The notes under the pieces are model-generated. The model was not told where the DNA came from. It made no database searches and saw only the letters and a program-made list of their open reading frames with translations. This document shows positions 35,991 through 45,690 of a DNA stretch of 64,000 bases, piece after piece. The stretch covers positions 162,505 to 226,504 of the forward strand of contig CAWITP010000002.1 of assembly GCA_963839055.1 (NCBI GenBank), written 5' to 3'. The translations under genes and the position numbers were made by a program. Numbering within the stretch: position 1 is the stretch's first letter; each line of letters starts with the position of its first letter. The stretch comes from an uncultured Pseudomonadota bacterium. Lineage in GTDB: Bacteria > Pseudomonadota > Gammaproteobacteria > Steroidobacterales > Steroidobacteraceae.

Positions 35991-38147
35991 TCAGGCGTTG
36001 GCAGCGGCTTTGGCTTTGGCGACCTCGGCGATCACATCGTCTGCAACCTGGCGGGGCACCGGCTCATAGTGCGAGAACTCCATGGTGTAGGAGGCACGAC
36101 CGCTGGTCATGCTGCGCAGCTGGCCGATGTAGCCGAACATCTCCGAAAGCGGCACCACGGAGACGACCGCGATGTTGGTACCCCGTTCGAGCTGTTCCTG
36201 GATCATGCCGCGACGCCGGTTGATGTCACCGATGACATCGCCGAGATGATCGCTCGGGGTCACCGTCTCCACCTTCATCACCGGCTCGAGCAGGATGGGG
36301 GCCGCCTTGCGGATCCCTTCGCGGAAAGCCGCCTTGGCGGCGATCTCGAAGGTCAGCGCGTTGGAGTCCACATCGTGGTAGCTGCCGTCGATGAGCGTGG
36401 CGCGGAAATCCACCGTCGGATAGTGCGCGAGGACGCCATCCTCTTTCTGCACGCGCAGGCCTTTCTCGACCGCCGGCACATATTCCCTGGGCACTGAGCC
36501 GCCCACCGTCTCATCGATGAACTCGAAGCCCTTGCTGCGCTCCATCGGTTCGAAGGTGATCCAGACATCGGCGAACTGTCCGGAACCTCCGGTCTGCTTC
36601 TTGTGCACGTAGTGCTCGGTGATCTTGCGGGTGATGGTCTCGCGGTAGGCCACCTGCGGCTCGCCCATGAGACCTTCGACACCGAACTCGGTACGCATGC
36701 GATCGAGCGTCACTTCCAGGTGCAGCTCGCCCATGCCACGCAGGATGGTCTGGCCTGTCTCGCGATCAGTTTCCAGATGCAGCGACGGATCGGCGCGCAC
36801 CATCTTGCCGAGTGCGACGCCGAATTTCTCCTGCTCGGCTTTGACCTTGGCTTTGACCGAAACGCTGATGACGGGGTCGGGGAAACGCATGCGCTCGAGC
36901 ACAACCTGCTTGGCCGAGTCGCACAGCGTGTCGCCGGTTTCCGTATCGGCGAGGGAAACCAGCGCGATGATGTCGCCGGCGCGCGCCTCCTCGATCGGGT
37001 TGGCCTCTTTGGCGAACATTTCCACCATGCGGCCGATCTTCTCGCGCTTGCCGCGCGTGGAGTTCAGCACTGAGGCACCCTTGGTGAGCACCCCGGAGTA
37101 CACGCGCACGAAGGTCAGCGCTCCGTAGGCATCGTTGATCACCTTGAAGGCCAGGGCCGCGAACGGCTCATCATCGGAAGTTTTGCGCTCACCGATCGGC
37201 TCACCGTCGGCATCCACCGTCTTGATGGCCGGCACGTCGCTGGGTGCCGGCAGCAGATCCACTACGGCGTCGAGCACCTGCTGCACGCCCTTGTTCTTGT
37301 AGGACGAGCCGCACAGCACCGGTGTGAATGCCGAGCTGATCGTGCCCTTGCGCAGGGCACGGCGCAGCACATCCGCTGAAGGCACGGCGCCATCATTCAG
37401 ATAGGCCTCCATGGCCTCATCGTCCTGCTCCAGGCACGTGTCGACCAGCTCGGTGCGGTATTGCTGCACTTTGCCCAGCAACTCGCGGTCACTGGGTACG
37501 GTTATGTGCAGCTTGTCGATGAGATCGGGCGTGACATCGAGCGTCTGCCACTGGGCATCCTTGTCATCGGAGTCCCAGACCAGGGCCTTCATCTCGATCA
37601 GGTCGATCATGCCCCGGAAGTTGTCCTCGGAGCCGATTGGCAGCTGGATGGGCAGCGGTCGGGCGCCGAGACGCTTGCGGATCATGTCCACGCAGCGCAC
37701 GAAGTTGGCGCCGCTGCGATCCATCTTGTTGACGTAGCAGATGCGCGGCACGCCGTAATTGTCGGCGAGGCGCCAGTTCGTCTCCGACTGCGGCTCAACG
37801 CCTGCCACGCCGTCGAATACGACCACAGCACCGTCGAGCACGCGCAGCGACCGGTTCACCTCGATCGTGAAATCGACGTGGCCTGGCGTGTCGATGAGGT
37901 TGATCTTCTTGTCGCGCCAGAAGGCCGACACGGCGGCGCTCTGAATGGTGATACCGCGCTTCTGCTCCTGCTCCAGATAGTCGGTGGTGGTGGAGGTCTT
38001 CAGATCCTTGGTATCGTGGATGTCGATGATCGTGTGCTTACGCCCCGTGTAGTACAGGATCCGTTCCGTGGTGGTCGTCTTGCCGGCATCGACGTGGGCG
38101 ATGATGCCGATGTTGCGGATGTCAGAAAGAGCAGTAGTTCGGGGCAT
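35991..38147 (-). CDS. fusA: elongation factor G paralogue (divergent, outside the str operon)
   Basis: G1 AHVDAGKT, G3 DTPGHVDF, G4 NKMD, with full five-domain length (718 aa). The pre-switch-I segment and the domain IV tip differ from canonical EF-G (see findings). Confidence 0.88.
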   Translation of the reverse strand: MPRTTALSDIRNIGIIAHVDAGKTTTTERILYYTGRKHTIIDIHDTKDLKTSTTTDYLEQEQKRGITIQSAAVSAFWRDKKINLIDTPGHVDFTIEVNRSLRVLDGAVVVFDGVAGVEPQSETNWRLADNYGVPRICYVNKMDRSGANFVRCVDMIRKRLGARPLPIQLPIGSEDNFRGMIDLIEMKALVWDSDDKDAQWQTLDVTPDLIDKLHITVPSDRELLGKVQQYRTELVDTCLEQDDEAMEAYLNDGAVPSADVLRRALRKGTISSAFTPVLCGSSYKNKGVQQVLDAVVDLLPAPSDVPAIKTVDADGEPIGERKTSDDEPFAALAFKVINDAYGALTFVRVYSGVLTKGASVLNSTRGKREKIGRMVEMFAKEANPIEEARAGDIIALVSLADTETGDTLCDSAKQVVLERMRFPDPVISVSVKAKVKAEQEKFGVALGKMVRADPSLHLETDRETGQTILRGMGELHLEVTLDRMRTEFGVEGLMGEPQVAYRETITRKITEHYVHKKQTGGSGQFADVWITFEPMERSKGFEFIDETVGGSVPREYVPAVEKGLRVQKEDGVLAHYPTVDFRATLIDGSYHDVDSNALTFEIAAKAAFREGIRKAAPILLEPVMKVETVTPSDHLGDVIGDINRRRGMIQEQLERGTNIAVVSVVPLSEMFGYIGQLRSMTSGRASYTMEFSHYEPVPRQVADDVIAEVAKAKAAANA

Positions 38148-38562
38148 GACAGAATTTCCATGACAATTTCAGTTGCGGGGTCGCGTCGGCCTTCGCAGGC
38201 CCGACGTACACGCCCGGGTCGCAGGCCCGGCGCGCGGGCCCAAGTCCAGGCGATCCAGCCCGAAAGCAGCCCGGACCCCCCTTTTGCGGCCGCGCATTCT
38301 AGCCGAAGTGACTGAACAAACGCATGATTCAGTCCACGCACCCGGCATTGCGCACCCTCAATGTGGTGCCGCGCCGGGCTTCTAAAAGGGGTGGCCCGCT
38401 GCGGAAGCCCTGTTGCAGCTAAAGCTGTGGGCTATGATCGGCTGCTCTTTGCCGCGCGCCCCCGGCTGCGCAGCAGGCCGGCACAGCACGGAGCGGACGC
38501 TTGCGCACTGCAGTACGGATCTGCAAAGGTGTCGGTGGCGAATGCATAGGAGGTCGGGCTGG

Positions 38563-38988
38563 ATGATGACTCGCGCGCTTTGTGCCAGCACGGTGACGGC
38601 GCTGTTGCTGCTCGGCGGTAACCTCGTCATCGCCGCCGATGAGAATGTTCCGCTCCATCCCGATCGTGCCAGCCTGATGGCCACGCCGATCACGGCACGC
38701 GATGGCGCTGACCTGTACCAGTCTGTCTGTCAGGCCTGCCACATGCCGAACGGTGTGGGCGCCAACGCGGCGGGTTCCTACCCCGCCCTGGCCAAGGACC
38801 CGCGCCTGGCGAGCAAGAACTTCCCGTTACTGCGCGTCCTGAACGGCAGCAAGGGCATGCCGTCGTTTGCCTCTTCGATGTCGGATGCGCAGATCGCCGC
38901 GGTCGTGAGCTATGTGCGCACGCACTTCGGCAACGGCTACCGGGATCAGGTCACCCCGGATGATGTCAGAGCCCTGAGAAAGAAATGA
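38563..38988 (+). CDS. c-type cytochrome (monohaem), secreted
   Basis: AGGAGG 9 nt upstream of ATG 38563. Signal peptide MMTRALCASTVTALLLLGGNLVIAA. Haem site CQACHMPNG, with a distal Met in SKGMPSF. Confidence 0.82.
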   Translation: MMTRALCASTVTALLLLGGNLVIAADENVPLHPDRASLMATPITARDGADLYQSVCQACHMPNGVGANAAGSYPALAKDPRLASKNFPLLRVLNGSKGMPSFASSMSDAQIAAVVSYVRTHFGNGYRDQVTPDDVRALRKK

Positions 38989-40577
38989 GCGAACCCACCT
39001 CTTCGATGAGCCGCCGTGAGCTGCTGCAGATGATCGGCGCCGTGGCCGGCGGGGCTGCCCTGTACAACTGCATGAGCACCCTGGGCCATGCTGCGGATTC
39101 GCAGTACACAGGTCCGATCAAACTGGCCGATGCTCCCCGCGGCGTCAAAGTGCTGGTGCTGGGGGCAGGCTGGTCCGGACTGATCTCGGCTCTCGAACTG
39201 CGCGACGCGGGCTACGACGTACAGCTGCTCGACTACAACAATCGTGTCGGCGGGCGCGCCTGGACGCTGCGCGGCGGCGACAGTTATACCGAGATGGGTG
39301 GCGAGACCCAGACCTGCGGCTTTGACCCGGGCCTTTACTTCAATCCCGGCCCATGGCGTGTGCCGTACCACCATCGCGGCTACCTCGCGTATGCGAAGCG
39401 TTTCAACGTGACGCTCGAGCCGTTCATCATGGTGAACTACAACGCCTGCGTGCATTCCAGCCGGCATTTCGGCGGCAAGCCGCGGCGCTTTCGCGAGGTG
39501 CAGGCGGATTTTCACGGTCACGTCGCGGAGCTGCTGGCCAAGGCGCTTAAACAGGACCGGCTCGACGGGCAGGTGACGCGCGAGGATCAGGAGATGCTGC
39601 TCGAAGCGCTGCAAAGCTGGGGCGCGCTGGACAAGGACTACAGCTACAAAGCCAACATCGATAGCGCCGAGCGCCGCGGTTACGAGCGCAACAAGGGCGG
39701 GGGATTGATGCCAGCGCCGCAACCATCGGAGCCGATCTCGCTGTCGGATCTGCTGCGTTCGGATCTGTGGGAAGCGCTCAATCCCGGCCAGATCCACCAG
39801 TGGCAGTCCTCCATTTTTCAGCCCGTCGGCGGCATGGACACGACACCCAAGACCGTCGCGAAGGAGATTGCAAGTCTCATCACCCTCAACGCGCAGGTGA
39901 AGGCCATTCACCAGGACGACAGGGGGGTCACCGTCAGCTACGTGGATGCGCGTACCGGTAAGGATATGCGTCAGGCCCGCGCAGACTGGTGTGTATGCAC
40001 CATTCCGCTGCCGATCCTGAGCCAGCTGGACACCAACCTCGGGGCCGCCATGGCCGCGAGCATCAGTGCAGTCGCCTACGAAGCCGCGGTGAAAACGGGA
40101 TTGCAGTTCAAACGTAAGTTCTGGGAGGAAGACGAGGCCATTTACGGCGGGATTACCTTCACCGATCTACCCATCAAGCAGATCGCCTATCCCAACACCA
40201 ACTTCAACAAGCCCGGCAAGGGTGTGCTGCTCGGGACCTTCGCCTTCGGCGAAGGCGCTCTCGCCCTGACCGGCATGAAGCCGGCGGATCGGGTGCGGCA
40301 GGCGCTGCAGGATGGCGCACAAATCCATCCGCAATATCCCGCGGAGTTTGAAAATGGCATCTCTGTCGCCTGGCACCGCGTGCCGGGAACAATGGGCTGT
40401 GCGGCGGCCTGGACGCCGCAATTGCGCGCGGCGCACTACCGCAATGTCGCTTCGATCGACAACCGCATCATCCTGGCCGGGGATCATGTCTCGGAGCTGC
40501 CGGGCTGGCAGGAAGGTGCGATCCTCTCAGCCCTGGATGCCGTGACGCGTCTGCACCAGCGCATCAAGTCCGCGTAA
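38985..40577 (+). CDS. Tat-exported flavin-containing amine oxidase family protein
   Basis: Twin-arginine signal MSRRELLQMIGAVAGGAALY. FAD fold VLVLGAGWSGLISALEL..AGYDVQLLDYNNRVGGRAW. C-terminal ILAGDHVS. ATGA overlap with the cytochrome c stop. Confidence 0.82.
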   Translation: MSEPTSSMSRRELLQMIGAVAGGAALYNCMSTLGHAADSQYTGPIKLADAPRGVKVLVLGAGWSGLISALELRDAGYDVQLLDYNNRVGGRAWTLRGGDSYTEMGGETQTCGFDPGLYFNPGPWRVPYHHRGYLAYAKRFNVTLEPFIMVNYNACVHSSRHFGGKPRRFREVQADFHGHVAELLAKALKQDRLDGQVTREDQEMLLEALQSWGALDKDYSYKANIDSAERRGYERNKGGGLMPAPQPSEPISLSDLLRSDLWEALNPGQIHQWQSSIFQPVGGMDTTPKTVAKEIASLITLNAQVKAIHQDDRGVTVSYVDARTGKDMRQARADWCVCTIPLPILSQLDTNLGAAMAASISAVAYEAAVKTGLQFKRKFWEEDEAIYGGITFTDLPIKQIAYPNTNFNKPGKGVLLGTFAFGEGALALTGMKPADRVRQALQDGAQIHPQYPAEFENGISVAWHRVPGTMGCAAAWTPQLRAAHYRNVASIDNRIILAGDHVSELPGWQEGAILSALDAVTRLHQRIKSA

Positions 40578-40721
40578 CCGACGCTTGTCATAATTTGTCC
40601 CGATTTACCGGCGCAGCACATTTTGGCGACCCTTATGGTGAGTGCCGGACGCTGAGCGGAGCACGCAGCGCATACTTGCTGCCAGCGCTCCTCGCAGAAG
40701 GAGCCTCAGGGGTATACGCAG

Positions 40722-41153
40722 ATGCGTCGTTTTGGACGTGTGCTGTGGTGTTGTGGTCCGCTCGGCGTTGCGCTGAGCTGCCACGCGGCTGATGGCGCGC
40801 CGGTTGGACCACCACCGCAGGGCAAGGAAATCATGATCTATTTCCGCCAATCCATTGGCGGACATCACCCGCTGCGCGTCTACGGGCTGCGGCTCGAGCA
40901 GGCATCGCTGCCGCCCACATCCCCGGCGGCGCCGGTATCCAGTTTGATACGTCACCGCGAGCTGGTGAGCGTGGAGTTCGCACCGCACGCCGATATGCGC
41001 CTGCAATTCGGCCGACGGCTGATCTGGGATATCGGCCGGCATGAATTCGGGCTGGGCTCCATGCAGCCTTACAGCCCCTTCCGGCTATGGACCGAGGCCT
41101 CGCTCGCCAGCTGCGGCGGCCAGCTCAGCTGCCTGAAGCCGCTCGCGCATTAG
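40722..41153 (+). CDS. hypothetical secreted protein
   Basis: Signal-like N-terminus MRRFGRVLWCCGPLGVALSCHA. I recognise no family. Confidence 0.45.
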   Translation: MRRFGRVLWCCGPLGVALSCHAADGAPVGPPPQGKEIMIYFRQSIGGHHPLRVYGLRLEQASLPPTSPAAPVSSLIRHRELVSVEFAPHADMRLQFGRRLIWDIGRHEFGLGSMQPYSPFRLWTEASLASCGGQLSCLKPLAH

Positions 41154-41184
41154 CACAACTGGCGCACTGGCGCGCCGCCGGTTC

Positions 41185-41901
41185 TCAGCGCGCTGGCCGG
41201 GGAGTTGCCGTGCTTGCTGCCGTCTGTCCAAAGAGGATGCGGCGGCTTTCCTCATCGCTAATGGGCTGCACCTGGAACTCAGAGGCGCGGGCGTAGGTAC
41301 GCTGCGTCGCAGGTCGTGCCCCGATCTGTTCGAACCAACGCTGCAGCGCCGGGAATTGCTTCAGATCCTGGTGCTGGCGCTGCCACGGCACGATCCAGGG
41401 GTAGGCAGCCATGTCCGCAATGGTGTACGCCTCACCGGCCAGATAGGGCACCTGACTCAGTCGCCGGTCCATGACTCCGTAGAGACGGTTGGTTTCCTTC
41501 ACATAGCGGTCGATCGCGTAGGGGAGACGCTCGGGTGCATACAGGTTGAAATGATGGTTCTGCCCGGCCATCGGGCCGAGGCCGCCTACCTGCCAGAAGA
41601 GCCACTGCAGCATCGCATAGCGGCCCCGCAGGTCCGCCGGAATGAAACGCTGCGTCTTCTCGGCGAGGTAAAGCAGAATCGCTCCTGATTCGAACACCGA
41701 CAGCGGTGCGCCGCCGCCTGGCGGCTCGTGATCTACGATGGCCGGCATGCGATTGTTGGGGCTCACCGCGAGAAAGCCCGGTGCGAACTGGTCGCCCTTG
41801 CCGATATTGACCGGCACCAGGCGATAGGGCAGGCCAGCTTCCTCCAGAAACAACGTAATCTTGTGGCCGTTCGGTGTCGGCCAGTAATACAGATCGATCA
41901 T
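41185..41901 (-). CDS. glutathione S-transferase, YfcG/Nu-class-like
   Basis: MIDLYYWPTPNGHKITLFLEEAGLPY...SPNNRMPAIVD...VFESGAILLYLAEK matches the YfcG/YghU type. It starts 5 nt after the dienelactone hydrolase stop. Confidence 0.88.
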   Translation of the reverse strand: MIDLYYWPTPNGHKITLFLEEAGLPYRLVPVNIGKGDQFAPGFLAVSPNNRMPAIVDHEPPGGGAPLSVFESGAILLYLAEKTQRFIPADLRGRYAMLQWLFWQVGGLGPMAGQNHHFNLYAPERLPYAIDRYVKETNRLYGVMDRRLSQVPYLAGEAYTIADMAAYPWIVPWQRQHQDLKQFPALQRWFEQIGARPATQRTYARASEFQVQPISDEESRRILFGQTAASTATPRPAR

Positions 41902-41906
41902 GGCCT

Positions 41907-42782
41907 TCACGCCAGAGCGGTCTTGCACAGGGACAGCATTCGGCTCCACGCTTTTTCCGCCTGGTCAGGGTCGTACACACGCGAATCCGTCGGACACCAG
42001 CCGTGCTGTGTGCCCGCGTACACTTCGATCTCGGCCGGCAGGTGCGCGCGCGCGCAGGATTCGCGTAGCACCTCTTTCACCTTGGGATCCTTCTGATCAT
42101 CGTTCGCCGCGATGGCGAACAGGTATTGCGCCTTGATTTTCGGGATCAACAGATGCGGGCTGTCCGGCTTGTCCGTGACGAGCCCGCCACCATGAAATGA
42201 GGCCCCCGCGCCCACTCGCGCTGGCAGCGCGGCCGCCGTGCGCAGCGTCATCGGCCCTCCCATGCAGTAGCCGGCAGTAGCGAGCTTTCTGTGGCGGTCA
42301 ACAGCGCTCTGCGCATCCAGATACGCTAGGAAAGCCTTCGCATCGGTCGCCGTCGTCCCGGCATTGAGGCTGTCATACAAGGCCATCAGCTTCTCACGAG
42401 TCGACGGATCGTCCATGCTCGGGTGCTCCGGCGCAGTCGGGGCCCGTTGCCGTCGATAGAACGGGTTGACCACCAGCACCGCATAACCGGCCTCGGCCAG
42501 CCGCGTCGCCATCTGCTTGAATGCCGGCCGCAATCCGAAAATATCGGGCCACATCAGCACGCCCGGGCTGGCCTCCTGCTGCGGATGTGCAAAGTAGGCA
42601 TCCGCGGTCCCCTCAGGAGTCCTGATCTCGACATCCGCCCCCTGTGTGGCGGCGCGCGCCGGTGCGGGCAGTGCGGAGCAGAGACCTGCGCCCAACGAGA
42701 GCGTGCCAAACTCTCTTCGCGAGAGCTCAGACTTGCGGCGGCCGTACGGCACCGCTTCGTGCTCAGAAGCGTCATCAGCCAT
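41907..42782 (-). CDS. dienelactone hydrolase family protein, Tat-exported
   Basis: Twin-arginine LSRREFGTLSLGAGL...APARA. Nucleophile elbow GYCMGG. DLH-like C-terminus EVYAGTQHGW. Confidence 0.85.
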   Translation of the reverse strand: MADDASEHEAVPYGRRKSELSRREFGTLSLGAGLCSALPAPARAATQGADVEIRTPEGTADAYFAHPQQEASPGVLMWPDIFGLRPAFKQMATRLAEAGYAVLVVNPFYRRQRAPTAPEHPSMDDPSTREKLMALYDSLNAGTTATDAKAFLAYLDAQSAVDRHRKLATAGYCMGGPMTLRTAAALPARVGAGASFHGGGLVTDKPDSPHLLIPKIKAQYLFAIAANDDQKDPKVKEVLRESCARAHLPAEIEVYAGTQHGWCPTDSRVYDPDQAEKAWSRMLSLCKTALA

Positions 42783-42951
42783 GGGGGCACTCCGGTAGGA
42801 ATCCGAAGGGGTCGGGGAGCCGCTTCAGTATGGGCTGCTGAGCCACTGCCCGGCAACGCCGGCACGGCAAAAGTTGCGCCAGATATCGCTATCTGGCGCA
42901 AGCGCTTTTACAAGCTTTTACGAGGCCTGGGGTGCTCGGCACCCCGGATGT

Positions 42952-43308
42952 TCAGCGGCTGCTGTTGGATTGCATTTTGTCCTGACAGGCTTTGCGCGCG
43001 TCATCCTTCGACAGGGAGCTGTTGCTGGCCTGCTGCTTCGCCATGCAGTCCTTCAGGTTCTGCTTGTGGCCGCTCTTACCGCTCTCGTTCCCCGAGATAG
43101 CCTCTTGCTGATGCGGGCTCGAGGCAGCGGCCGGGCTGCTGTCGCCGCCCGTCATGCTCTCGCTCGTATTGCTCGAGGTGGAGTTGCGCTGATGCGGGCT
43201 CGAAGCCGCGCTCGGCGAAGTCGAATCGGTCTGCGGTGAGGTCTGGGCCAGCGCCAACGAGCCGAGCGACAGCGCCGCGACAGCAGCCAGCATGGGTGTA
43301 ACTCGCAT
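42952..43308 (-). CDS. secreted Ser/Pro/Gln-rich low-complexity protein
   Basis: Signal peptide MRVTPMLAAVAALSLGSLALA. An internal repeat ASSPHQ occurs twice. The C-terminus is rich in Cys, Lys and Asp. Confidence 0.5.
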   Translation of the reverse strand: MRVTPMLAAVAALSLGSLALAQTSPQTDSTSPSAASSPHQRNSTSSNTSESMTGGDSSPAAASSPHQQEAISGNESGKSGHKQNLKDCMAKQQASNSSLSKDDARKACQDKMQSNSSR

Positions 43309-43634
43309 AAATCCTCCTGGGTTCTTTAAACTGCCGGCAGCTTCAATGATCAGCGCCGCGCACACCATCGGCGCCCATCCCCGATGGACGTGGGAGTCCT
43401 CCTACTGGGGTCCGGATCGGTGCGGCCCAATAGAAACCGGATCCATCCGTGCTGCCTACTGAGATCTGGATGCCCTGCGGCTCACGCGGGATAAGAACCA
43501 CACTAGCTCTGCGCCCCGTGCGGATTTGCTAGACTGCGCCGCAATTCATGGTAACCGCCCTGCAAGCGAACGTTGCGACGCGGCCACAGCCACATACCGC
43601 CTGAGTCGTGAGCCTGCCAGAGGGGAGAGATTGC

Positions 43635-44084
43635 ATGAATGGCACGGTAACTCGGAGTGCGCTGGCGCTCGTGGGGTGCGCGCTTCTGTTGACCGGCTGC
43701 GGTCACGACAGCAGCAGTGCGATGCTCGGCGGCGACACCGAGCGGGGCACGCTGATCTATGACCCGCCGTCTCGCATTGCTTCGCTGGATGCTGCGACCT
43801 TTGGCGCACAGAACGTGGACCTGGGCGCAACGATATTTACCCCGCTGGTCACCAGCAGTTACCCGAACTCGTCAAAAACCTCGCTGTCGTTGCCGGCCTC
43901 GGTAGGTCCGGTTGGGACGGTCGGGCTCAGTTACCGGTTTTCACGGCATTTCAGCGTCTACGCGTCGTACTCGATTTCGCGGGTCGACCCGCGCCTCACG
44001 GCGGATACCGCCGGTGTGATTCGCACCTCGCACATCGCCTTCAACCCGCGTGCGACCGTGGTCTCCGCGGGTTACTCGTTCTGA
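43635..44084 (+). CDS. lipoprotein with OmpW-like C-terminal fragment (possible chimeric remnant)
   Basis: Lipobox ALLLTGC. The last ~85 aa (VGLSYRFSRHFSVYASYSISRVD...FNPRATVVSAGYSF) resemble only the C-terminal strands of OmpW-family barrels. Confidence 0.45.
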   Translation: MNGTVTRSALALVGCALLLTGCGHDSSSAMLGGDTERGTLIYDPPSRIASLDAATFGAQNVDLGATIFTPLVTSSYPNSSKTSLSLPASVGPVGTVGLSYRFSRHFSVYASYSISRVDPRLTADTAGVIRTSHIAFNPRATVVSAGYSF

Positions 44085-44114
44085 TTCGTGCTCAAACCAA
44101 AGCGTAGCCTGTTC

Positions 44115-45668
44115 ATGACGAACCGACTCTCTGCACTGTTGTTTGCGCTGCTGTTGGGCGTTAGTTTCGTTGCGGTCGCCAAAGATCGGGACAGCGAGCC
44201 CGCGAAGGAAGAGGCAAAGAGTCCCGAGAAGAGCGCTGACAAGCCGCATAAGGATGATGAGGTCAATCTGCCGCCGTTTCCTGCCGACAAGAGCGCTCAC
44301 CAGAGCATGACGCTCGATGGCCGTACCTTTAAATACGAGGCGAGCATCGGCTCGCTGCCCGTGTTGGATGAGAAGGGCAAGGTCATTGCAAGTGTCATGT
44401 TCACCGCCTATACGGTGCCGGGCGCCGACCGGCCGGTGACCTTTGCGCTCAATGGCGGCCCGGGCGCAGCCTCGGTGTACCTCAACCTGGGTGCTATCGG
44501 GCCCAAGCGCATCCAGTTCGGGGCCGAAGGCAACAGCCCCTCCGATCCCGCCACACCCGGCGACAATCCCGGCACCTGGCTCGGTTTTACGGATCTGGTG
44601 TTCATCGACCCGGTCGGCACGGGTTTCAGCTTCGCGCAGCTGCCGGAGAAGGAAACAGCGAAGCACTTCTATAACGCCAAAGCCGATATCGAGTACCTGT
44701 CGCGCATCATCTTCGACTGGCTGGTCAAGAACGAGCGGCTCGCCTCGCGGAAGTATCTGGTGGGCGAAAGCTACGGCGGCTTCCGCGGGCCGCGCATCAC
44801 CCACTATCTGCAGACGCGGCTCGGGGTCGCGATGAATGGCGTCGTGCTGGTCTCGCCGTATCTGGAGCCCAGTGCCGGCAGTCATGCGGACCTGTCGCCC
44901 CTGCCGTGGATGCTGACGTTACCGAGCATTGCCGCAGCCAACCTCGAAAGGCAGCACAAGCTCACCGATGCGGCCATGGCCGACATCGTCAACTACACAC
45001 GCACCGACTACGTGCAGGATCTGCTTCGGGGCCGCTCGGACGACCAAGCCATCGAGCGCATCGTCGCCCGGGTGACCGCGCTCTCCGGACTCGATCCGGT
45101 CTTCGTGCGCCGCTCCGGCGGCCGCCTCGAGACCCAGGCTTACCTGCGCGAGGTGTATCGCGCCGAAGGCAAGCTCGGCAGCCGCTATGACTCCAACGTG
45201 ACGAGTTGGGATCCCTTCCCCTTCGATCCGACCCAGCGCACCAACGATCCGCTGCTGGACAGCATCGTGGCGCCGACCACCACCGCCATGGTCGATTTCA
45301 TCACCCGTACGGTGGGCTGGAAATACAGCGGACGCTACAACGCCCTGAACTATGACGTGAACCACGCGTGGAGCGACGGTCCGGAGGGTAACCGGGATCC
45401 CGAGCATGGAGTCGAGCATGGCTCGGTGCAGGAGTTACGCGAAGCGCTGGCCATCGATCCGAAACTGCAGGTTCTCATCGTTCACGGTTGGGACGATCTC
45501 TCCTGTCCTTTTATGGCCTCGGTGTTGATCGTTGATCAGATGCCGACGATGGGCGCGCCCCGGCGGGTACAGGTGCGCGAGTATCCCGGGGGCCACATGT
45601 TCTATAGTCGTCCGGACAGCCAGGCCGCACTGCGCAGCGACGTGGTGAAGATGTACAAGGCGCACTGA
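44115..45668 (+). CDS. S10 family serine carboxypeptidase-like peptidase, secreted
   Basis: Signal MTNRLSALLFALLLGVSFVAVA. NGGPGAAS, catalytic GESYGG, and C-terminal HGWDDLSCPF...GGHMFY. Confidence 0.85.
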   Translation: MTNRLSALLFALLLGVSFVAVAKDRDSEPAKEEAKSPEKSADKPHKDDEVNLPPFPADKSAHQSMTLDGRTFKYEASIGSLPVLDEKGKVIASVMFTAYTVPGADRPVTFALNGGPGAASVYLNLGAIGPKRIQFGAEGNSPSDPATPGDNPGTWLGFTDLVFIDPVGTGFSFAQLPEKETAKHFYNAKADIEYLSRIIFDWLVKNERLASRKYLVGESYGGFRGPRITHYLQTRLGVAMNGVVLVSPYLEPSAGSHADLSPLPWMLTLPSIAAANLERQHKLTDAAMADIVNYTRTDYVQDLLRGRSDDQAIERIVARVTALSGLDPVFVRRSGGRLETQAYLREVYRAEGKLGSRYDSNVTSWDPFPFDPTQRTNDPLLDSIVAPTTTAMVDFITRTVGWKYSGRYNALNYDVNHAWSDGPEGNRDPEHGVEHGSVQELREALAIDPKLQVLIVHGWDDLSCPFMASVLIVDQMPTMGAPRRVQVREYPGGHMFYSRPDSQAALRSDVVKMYKAH

Positions 45669-45690
45669 GCAGATCTGGAACCTGACTGCG

